A stretch of 64,000 nt of DNA from Candidatus Brocadiia bacterium (GTDB taxonomy: Bacteria > Planctomycetota > Brocadiia > CAIUPP01), in NCBI GenBank assembly GCA_050015075.1, contig JBEKCB010000023.1, forward strand, positions 23,018-87,017, given 5' to 3'. The notes under the pieces are model-generated. The model was not told the origin of the DNA and did not search any database. It saw only the letters and a list, made by a program, of their open reading frames with translations. Of this stretch, positions 9,801 through 15,990 are shown one piece after another. Each line of letters starts with the position of its first letter. The stretch's first letter is position 1. The position numbers were made by a program, and so were the translations under genes.

Positions 9801-10736
9801 CGCGCCAACCCAGTCGTCCACGTGTGGATAGAAGACCGGCTCGTAGTCGCCGGTGGCTTCGACGGCATCGGCGAACCGATCTCGGAAGTATCGGTACTTG
9901 TTCTCAAACTCCACCTTGTCGGAAGGCATCACAAGCTTCGGAAGCCGATCCTCGTAACGGGCGCGGATCGTGTCGTAGAAGATCGCGCGGTTGGAGAAGA
10001 CGTAGCAGAGGGTGCGCGCGGAGCGGTCAAGAATCTTGCGCCAGTGGTCGGACTCCTTTGGGTCGATATTCCACTGGAGCTCTTCGGTCAGCCACTGGGA
10101 GAAGCGGCCCCTGAACGCCTTGTCCCGGGCGCATTGTTCCGCTAGATAATTGCGCGTTCCCTCAACCGGCCAGCGAAGATGGCTTTCCAGGGAGCGGATA
10201 AACACTTCGTCCGGCGCCATGGCCCAATCGGGCTTCTTGCCAAGGACGATGTCGGCGAATTCCGCAAAGAACTGCGGCAGGAAGTAATCACGGATATGGG
10301 CCTGAACTTCAGGAAGGGCACACTGCCCCGGATTCGTCAGTTCCAGATGCAAGTCCCATTCCTTCAACCGACGCTCGTGGATATCTCGGTTCCAGAGGCT
10401 TCGATCGAAGAGGACGAACGTATTCACGTTCCAGGTGAAGAAGTATTGGGCGCGGCAGTTTTCCGCCTTCTCCGAAGCGTCGCGCATGAGATCGGGATTA
10501 TACGGCGAGCGGCCTTCAAGCGTGCCCGGCATTTTGACTTCGCCCGAAAGGAGAGGAGTTCGGTCTCCACGCTTCAGGATGCGCAGATCCTGGCGCTTGT
10601 TGCTCCGGGTGCCGTACTCCTCGATGTATGCCTCACAGAAGGGCCACTCGGGGTGCTTCGCAAAGAGCATTTCTGCCCACGTTTTTACGTCGGCACAGAA
10701 GGAGACCTCGTTCTTGCGGGTTCCCGAAGGCGTCAC
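6894..10736 (-). CDS. Type IIG/IIL-like fused restriction endonuclease / N6-adenine methyltransferase
   Basis: N-terminal D..GEVK nuclease-like motif; GQYFT, DPACGSGSF (motif I), NPPY (motif IV), RRGITSG; long C-terminal TRD-like region. Visibly lower GC than the flanks. Confidence 0.85.
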   Translation of the reverse strand: MTPSGTRKNEVSFCADVKTWAEMLFAKHPEWPFCEAYIEEYGTRSNKRQDLRILKRGDRTPLLSGEVKMPGTLEGRSPYNPDLMRDASEKAENCRAQYFFTWNVNTFVLFDRSLWNRDIHERRLKEWDLHLELTNPGQCALPEVQAHIRDYFLPQFFAEFADIVLGKKPDWAMAPDEVFIRSLESHLRWPVEGTRNYLAEQCARDKAFRGRFSQWLTEELQWNIDPKESDHWRKILDRSARTLCYVFSNRAIFYDTIRARYEDRLPKLVMPSDKVEFENKYRYFRDRFADAVEATGDYEPVFYPHVDDWVGALVFASPHACQGWKGVLANLDQYNFRDIPHDIIGGIFQKLIAPEERQKFGQYFTHENIVDLINAFCIRRAGDTFLDPACGSGSFLVRGYHRKAWLGEHRGGGRRHQDTHKTHQELLLETFGCDIALFPAHLATLNLASRHIEDEENYPLIRRGNFFEVIEKPEEFCRIPMRRPDGGKKLWPVALPMLDAVVGNPPYVRQELIPRLSTIKRGRGEKDPSFESRRKNSKEHLQHLAESLWPDLDLSGRSDLHCYFWPVAAKRLKEGGYFGFLTSSSWLDVEYGFPLQGWILNNFRLIAVIESVDEPWFEDARVKTCVTILQRCSDDKARSKSIVKFVRLQKPLAVILGDHDPSDETARQEAATKLRKFIESAEEPYSDEHLRIIPVSQQDLWNEGVEAGKVLASGDMETANGNGESGSNGESGLIREAESSYGAGRYVAGKWGRFLRAPDIYFKIMKDYGERFVKLGEIAEIRRGITSGCDDFFMPVDVTKQTLAAVRRGLPWIDVGLMASCPIKEIESGNVRIVLAGDKTLHPIEAIYLRPEVHSLMAVDRPVIRARDVRRVVLWVDRPLKELTGTYVASYIRWGAKQTFESTKSKAVPVPERSSCVGRSLWYDLTTSTVGLSFWPKAQKYRHIVPANPEGLICNCNLYTVVPDLPSRQERQALAAILNSTLVGLFKHFYGRYAGAEGTLKTEVVDCLLLPLPDPRGVSKELAARLSAALASMAKRTVTHLVEGALLDCHYTEQLRAILAKPPALPRELQKEDRWELDDAVLELMGVSDIRAREKLLEELYSETTLYYRYLRTQDIQSMENRAGGTQRKLTAFEIAASVWDSLDAAEQGPKLVDWLRERKVSLTAVHIHDGKAKALGRGHMFSSSGVEFVQGKDSHHEEYAGPAQAALVAALANLDIRGTLEIPSDEATCKQWRKDIEGRVTAAAKRFEEVVATRTSDQSLREGISALLRQWYVNGKDLR

Positions 10737-10877
10737 TTTCTTTGTAACCTCGGTCTGGTGTACTCGCCAAACGATAAGGCGGAAAGCCGCGCGAGTTCCG
10801 GCGGTTCGGGCACGCTACCCTCTCCGCCCGGATCGGATTCTACATCATCCTGCCGGCGTTAATCTACCATCAGCACT

Positions 10878-10906
10878 TTGCATTTTCAGTTCCCTTCCAA
10901 TATGAT
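10878..10906 (+). promoter_or_regulatory. Putative sigma70 promoter of trpG/pabA
   Basis: TTGCAT-17bp-TATGAT. Confidence 0.55.
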
Positions 10907-10938
10907 TACGGAGAGTTTTGTGGCAGAAATGGCATCGC

Positions 10939-11583
10939 TTGGTCCTGATTATTGACAATTACGACTCGTTCACCTACAACCTCGTCCAGCGGCTGGGCGA
11001 GTTGGGGGCGGTGGTCGAGGTCTTTCGGAACGATAAGATCACGGTCGCCGAGATCGAGGCGCGCCGGCCCAGCCATATCATCGTCAGCCCCGGTCCGTGC
11101 ACGCCGAAGGAGGCAGGGATCTCGAACGACGTGATCCGCCACTTCGCCGGCAAGGTGCCGGTGCTCGGCGTTTGCCTGGGCCACCAGTGCATCGGCTACG
11201 CCTTCGGCGCGACCGTGACGCGCGCGCGACGGCTCATGCATGGCAAGACTTCGCTCATCCAGCACGACGGAGAGGCGATCTACCGCGGGCTGCCGAACCC
11301 GTTCGTCGCCACGCGCTACCATTCGCTCTGCGTCGTCGAGGCAACCGTGCCGCCCGAGTTCGTCGTCACCGCGCACGCCGAGAAGGACGAGGTGATGGGC
11401 ATCCGCCACCGCACGATGCCGGTCGAGGGCGTGCAGTTTCATCCGGAGTCGTTTCTCACAACCGAAGGGCCGAAGCTGCTGAGGAATTTCCTGGACGAAT
11501 CCGTCGGCAATGTGGACGTTCGCACAAAGGAATCAATGGTCTCGCCAAGGCGCAAAGGGCGCAAAGAACGAAAAACAACCTGA
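10939..11583 (+). CDS. trpG: Anthranilate/aminodeoxychorismate synthase glutamine amidotransferase subunit
   Basis: IDNYDSFTYNL, SPGPCTP, GVCLGHQ, RYHSL, QFHPES. Probable TTG start. Could equally be pabA. Confidence 0.9.
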   Translation: MVLIIDNYDSFTYNLVQRLGELGAVVEVFRNDKITVAEIEARRPSHIIVSPGPCTPKEAGISNDVIRHFAGKVPVLGVCLGHQCIGYAFGATVTRARRLMHGKTSLIQHDGEAIYRGLPNPFVATRYHSLCVVEATVPPEFVVTAHAEKDEVMGIRHRTMPVEGVQFHPESFLTTEGPKLLRNFLDESVGNVDVRTKESMVSPRRKGRKERKTT

Positions 11584-11620
11584 TGATGTTTTTCCTGGCG
11601 CTCTCTGCGTCTTTGCGAGA
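11540..11620. repeat. REP-like imperfect palindrome, CGCAAAG family, overlapping the trpG 3' end
   Basis: tctcgccaaggcgcaaagggcgcaaagaa (11540-11568) vs reverse complement of 11592-11620, tctcgcaaagacgcagagagcgccaggaa. Confidence 0.75.
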
Positions 11621-11662
11621 GATCTTTCCTTCTGTTGCACAAAGATCGGTAGGCAGTGATCC

Positions 11663-12850
11663 GTGAAATACCTGATCGTGCTGGCGAGCGGTATGGCCGA
11701 TGAGCCGCTGGCGGAATTGGGCGGCCGCACGCCGCTGGCCGCCGCGCATAAGCCGGCGCTCGACGAACTGGCGCGCGACGGAAAGATCGGCTGCGTCCGC
11801 ACGCTGCCCGAGCCGCTGCCGGCCTCGGAAGAGGTGGCGCTGCTCTCGGCGCTGGGCTTCAGCCCGCAGGAGTTCTTCACCGGCGAGGCGGGCCTGGCAG
11901 TCGCGGATTCGGGCCTGAAAATGGAGCCGGGCCAGTTGGCGTTCATGCACAATCTCACCACCGAAGCCAACGGTGTTCTGGTGGACCACGCCGCCGGCCA
12001 GATTTCCCTGAAAGAGGCCGAGGTGCTTCTGACGTCGCTCACGGCGGCGTTCGGCCGGCCCGACGCGCAGTTCTGCGCGGGCCACGGTTTTACGGGCGTG
12101 ACGGTGCTGACGGTAGGGGAAGACGCAGCGCCGATCTGCGATCCGCCCGAGGCGGCGCTCGGCCTGCCTGTCGCTCGGCGCATGCCGCACGGCGCGGGAA
12201 GCGAACTGCTCGTGCGCCTGATGGAACTCTCGCGCGAGGCGTTCCTCGAACATGAAATCAACCGCGTGCGCACCGACCTCGGCGAGAACCCGGCGAACCT
12301 GCTCTGGCTCTGGGGGCCGGGCAAGCCGCCGACGTTGCCGTCGTTCGAGTCCCGGCACAGGCTCAGCAGCGCGATGGTCGCCGCGACGGAATCCGCGCGC
12401 GGGCTCGGCCGGCTCTGTGGGATGCGCGTGCCGCACGTCTCCGGCGCGACCGGTGGCTACCGGACCGACTACACCGCCAAGGCGCAGTGCGCGCTGGAGG
12501 CGATCGGCTCGATGGACCTGGTCGTCGTCCACGTCGCATCGCCGGCGGAGGCGAGCCTTGAAGGAAACGTCCAGCGAAAAATTTCGGCGATCCAGGACAT
12601 TGACGCGATGATCACCGCGCCGCTGCTGCAATATGCCCGAGGCCGCGACGACACGCGGATGATGTTCCTGTGCACGCACATGGCGAGCGTTGCCCGGCGT
12701 CGCCGTCTGCGCGATCCCGTGCCGGTGGCGATGTTCGGTCCGGGCCTCGAACCGTTCCGCCGCGGCGCATTCAGCGAAACCGCTGCGCAGGACGGCGAAC
12801 TCGGCGTCGAGCACGGGCACGAATTGCTGCAATATTTCCTGACGCGCTAA
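11663..12850 (+). CDS. Cofactor-independent phosphoglycerate mutase (ApgM)-like protein with a degenerate active site
   Basis: MKYLIVLASGMADEP..GRTPL, ANLLWLWG and DPVP follow the ApgM layout, but the metal-binding motifs are substituted (see findings). Confidence 0.8.
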   Translation: MKYLIVLASGMADEPLAELGGRTPLAAAHKPALDELARDGKIGCVRTLPEPLPASEEVALLSALGFSPQEFFTGEAGLAVADSGLKMEPGQLAFMHNLTTEANGVLVDHAAGQISLKEAEVLLTSLTAAFGRPDAQFCAGHGFTGVTVLTVGEDAAPICDPPEAALGLPVARRMPHGAGSELLVRLMELSREAFLEHEINRVRTDLGENPANLLWLWGPGKPPTLPSFESRHRLSSAMVAATESARGLGRLCGMRVPHVSGATGGYRTDYTAKAQCALEAIGSMDLVVVHVASPAEASLEGNVQRKISAIQDIDAMITAPLLQYARGRDDTRMMFLCTHMASVARRRRLRDPVPVAMFGPGLEPFRRGAFSETAAQDGELGVEHGHELLQYFLTR

Positions 12851-13184
12851 AGCGTTTTCACCCCGCAGAATCACGGGCAATCCCGGTCACTGCGCCTTGC
12901 CCGAGGCGGCATCGCAATTGCATGGAAGGCGTAAGTTTTTGCACAATAGGCCTTTGTAAAGTGCGGCCGGTCCAGCGGTTGGCGGAATCCTGGGAAATTC
13001 TGCTGATGATCGGCAACAAGCCCGGCATTCGCGGCGCGGCGCCTTATAGTCGCAACAACTTGATATGACATGGTTAATGATTCAGTAGATCATGCGCGCG
13101 CGCGGTATTCGCGTGGTCATGATTGCGTTTGCGTTGTGTTAGCGAAAGCGCTGAATTGACGGGTATTTTATGCAGTTTTGCAAG

Positions 13185-13204
13185 TTGTCCACATATTATC
13201 CACA
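13185..13204 (+). promoter_or_regulatory. Tandem DnaA boxes in the AT-rich gap upstream of dnaA (oriC candidate or autoregulatory site)
   Basis: TTGTCCACA (13185-13193) and perfect TTATCCACA (13196-13204) in a roughly 690-bp gene-free region. Confidence 0.7.
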
Positions 13205-13389
13205 ATTGCGCGAGTGATTCCGCTCGACGCAGCGGCCGCTCCAACGCGATTCGATGGAGTCAATAAAAATTCGGACTAACGTGAGAGCAAACCGGCGCCC
13301 GATTACGACGTTGTGAGTGCGGAACGAAGGCGGTTTTCGCGCCGCAGATTTTCGTGTTCGCGCAATCAAAAATCCGCCGGAGATTCCAT

Positions 13390-13418
13390 TTGACTGCCGA
13401 CGATTCGCATGCTACCAT
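13390..13418 (+). promoter_or_regulatory. Putative sigma70 promoter of dnaA
   Basis: TTGACT-17bp-TACCAT with TG extended -10. Confidence 0.55.
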
Positions 13419-13536
13419 TTGCCCCTCGTCGGAGAGAGCGACGTTCATCCCGGCATGCGGTTCGGACACCGGTTGATCGGCAGGGCTTTCGGTCGCGGGT
13501 CAGAAAATACCTCGAGCGCGCATCGCGGAGCGCAGC

Positions 13537-14901
13537 ATGCCGTTATTGAAGTCAGACGTGTGGCCTGCCGTCCTCGAAGCAATCCAGAAAGACGTCGGCG
13601 AGCAGCGCTTCTCGCTCTGGTTCCGGAACGTCCGTCCCGTTCGCCTCGAAGGCGACACCGCGGTCCTCGGCGTGCCGAACCTCTTCGTGCAGGAATGGCT
13701 CGAGACGCACTTCCTCGACATCCTCCGCCGCTGCCTGGCCGAGCGGCTCGGACGCCCGGCGACGGTGAAGTTCATCATTGATGCGGCGCTCTTCAAGCAG
13801 GCGCGCGAGGCGGAACTTCGCGCGGGGGCGGCGATCGTCGAGGAAGCCTCCGCCGCCGCCAAGGAACCGGAACGCCTCCAGGCGCAGATCCGGCCGGACT
13901 TCACGCTTGCCAACTTCGTCGTCGGATCCGGCAACAAACTCGCCTACGCCTGCGCGATGGAAATCCTGGACTCCTCCTCGAACCGCCTCAACCCGCTCTT
14001 CATCCACAGCCTGTCCGGCCTCGGCAAGACGCACCTGCTCCAGGCGATGCTGAACGAAGTGCGGCGGCGCGACGACGGCCGCACCGCCGAATACCTTTCG
14101 GCCGAGACCTTCACGAACCAGTTCATCTACGCCATGCGCAACAACCGCCTCGACGCCTTCCGCCACCGCTATCGCAACGTGGACATCCTGCTGATTGACG
14201 ACGTGCATTTCCTCGGCAACAAGAGCCGCCTGCAGGAGGAACTGCTGCATACGTTCGACGCGCTGCACACCGGGAACCGGCAGTTCGTCCTGGCGAGCGA
14301 CGTGCACCCGAAGATGCTCTCGAAGATCAAGCAGAACCTGGTGAACCGGTTCGCCAGCGGCATGGTGGTGCGGATGGCGCCGCCGGATTTCTCGACGCGC
14401 GTGGCGATCATGAAGATCAAGCTCCAGCAGCAGGCGCGCCGGCTGCCGGAGGACGTCGTGCGCTACGTCGCGCGCGGGTTCGAGGGCAGCGTGCGCGACC
14501 TGACCGGCGCCACGACGCTGATCCTGGCGTACGCGGGGCTGACCGGCGAGAAGATTGACGTGAACCTGGCGCGCACGGCGCTCACGGAAGCGCACCACGA
14601 AACGGAGGCGCATTCCGGGCTCGACGTGGTCGAGCGCGTCGTCTCGCGCCATTACAGCCTGGACGCGGCGGACCTGCGCAAGCGCCGGCGGAAGCGCGCC
14701 GTGCGGCTCCCGCGCCAGCTCTGCATGTACCTCGCGCGCAAATTCACCCCGATGTCCTGCCGCGAAATCGCCTCCCACTTCGGCGCGGCCAACCACAGCA
14801 GCGTCATCAGCGCCGCCGCCCGCATCGAGGAGACGCTGAAGAAGGACTCCGACCTGGCGGAACTGGTCTCGGCCATGGGCGAAGAGATCAGGAAGGGCTG
14901 A
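13537..14901 (+). CDS. dnaA: Chromosomal replication initiator DnaA
   Basis: Domain I (WF..VPNLF), NFVVGSGNKLA, NPLFI..GLGKTHLL, LLIDDVHF, PRQLCMYLAR. Confidence 0.95.
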   Translation: MPLLKSDVWPAVLEAIQKDVGEQRFSLWFRNVRPVRLEGDTAVLGVPNLFVQEWLETHFLDILRRCLAERLGRPATVKFIIDAALFKQAREAELRAGAAIVEEASAAAKEPERLQAQIRPDFTLANFVVGSGNKLAYACAMEILDSSSNRLNPLFIHSLSGLGKTHLLQAMLNEVRRRDDGRTAEYLSAETFTNQFIYAMRNNRLDAFRHRYRNVDILLIDDVHFLGNKSRLQEELLHTFDALHTGNRQFVLASDVHPKMLSKIKQNLVNRFASGMVVRMAPPDFSTRVAIMKIKLQQQARRLPEDVVRYVARGFEGSVRDLTGATTLILAYAGLTGEKIDVNLARTALTEAHHETEAHSGLDVVERVVSRHYSLDAADLRKRRRKRAVRLPRQLCMYLARKFTPMSCREIASHFGAANHSSVISAAARIEETLKKDSDLAELVSAMGEEIRKG

Positions 14902-14938
14902 AAACAGGCTCTAGCCCTGTTCCGCGGGCAAAAAACCC

Positions 14939-14966
14939 TTGCATTCCACGTATTTGCGTATATAAT
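14939..14966 (+). promoter_or_regulatory. Putative sigma70 promoter of the MBL hydrolase gene
   Basis: TTGCAT-16bp-TATAAT. Confidence 0.5.
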
Positions 14967-15044
14967 AGCTTTATCAACCGGTTCGTGCGTATCTTCGATT
15001 GGCTGTTTCCGACACGATGCAGGGCTCGATCGGAGGAGACGCCA

Positions 15045-15872
15045 ATGCATGAACTGAAAGTCGCTTTTCTCAACGTCGGCCATGGCGATTTCGTCTATGC
15101 CGTAACGCCGAACGGCGCCACCCTGGTCATTGACGTCGGGACCGGCGATCAGGTCGTCCCTTCGACTTTTCTCCGCAACGTCCCGAAGATTTCGGAACTG
15201 CAGATTTCACATCCGCATACGGACCATTTTGATGACATCGTCGCCATTTCAAAGAAGCCATTTCTTTCCTTCACGTGCCCCGACGTGGCCGGATTTTCGG
15301 ACAAAGCGATCGGGTGGAAAAAAGGCGACCAGTGCAAGATAGACATCCTCCGGCAACTCCAGCAATCGAAGCCTTCCCTTCCGTTTCTTCTGCGTGAGCC
15401 CAACGGGTTCCTTTACAAAGTGTGGCCTCCTGCCCACGTTGACCCCGACGACCCCAACACGGCGAGCCTGGTTACGATCCTCAGTTACCAGGGCGTGACG
15501 ATACTCTGCGGAGGGGATTTGCCCGCAAAAGGGTGGGAGTCACTTCTGACGACGAGGAAGGACTTCGTCGCCGCCACGGCCGGCACAACGATCTTCAAAG
15601 TCCCGCATCACGGTCGCGCGGACGGCTGCTGCGAATCTCTGCTCTCCTGGATGGTGCCGAAGCTCTGCATCATTTCCGACAAGCCGCTGGAACAGGACAA
15701 CAAGAACACCGCCGCGACGAAATGGTACGAGGAGCGCTCTCTGGGATGCGATGTCGTCGGTTACGCGGGGAAAAGGAAAGTGCTGACGACCAGAAACGAC
15801 GGCTCGGTTTTCATTTCAATCGGCGAACAAGGCACCGTGCACATTTACCCTCACACAGAATGGAAGAACTAG
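15045..15872 (+). CDS. Standalone ComEC/Rec2-like metallo-beta-lactamase-fold hydrolase
   Basis: FLNVGHGD, IDVG, SHPHTDH, NTASLV, GGD, KVPHHG; GGAGGA SD; lower GC than the flanks. Confidence 0.8.
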   Translation: MHELKVAFLNVGHGDFVYAVTPNGATLVIDVGTGDQVVPSTFLRNVPKISELQISHPHTDHFDDIVAISKKPFLSFTCPDVAGFSDKAIGWKKGDQCKIDILRQLQQSKPSLPFLLREPNGFLYKVWPPAHVDPDDPNTASLVTILSYQGVTILCGGDLPAKGWESLLTTRKDFVAATAGTTIFKVPHHGRADGCCESLLSWMVPKLCIISDKPLEQDNKNTAATKWYEERSLGCDVVGYAGKRKVLTTRNDGSVFISIGEQGTVHIYPHTEWKN

Positions 15873-15938
15873 CGCATCCGCCGGTTTATAGATTGCGGTT
15901 GCGCGGCCATGGGCGGCGAGGTGCAAAGGCAACCTCAC

Positions 15939-15980
15939 TCGTTGCTTCGGCTTATCCCTGAGGCTGCGCTCGATGAAGAA
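15939..15980 (-). repeat. Degenerate copy of the last 42 bp of mlaD (direct repeat with 20284-20325)
   Basis: 35/42 nt identical; translates FFIERSLRDKPKQR vs mlaD FLVERSLKDNPKP*. Confidence 0.75.
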
Positions 15981-15990
15981 GCAGGGCGCC

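Noticed and set aside
6826-15988. 13-bp direct match AAGAAGCAGGGCG at 6826 and 15976 as possible island ends
   Set aside because: Matches of this length are expected by chance in 64 kb, and the enclosed region includes core genes such as dnaA and trpG.
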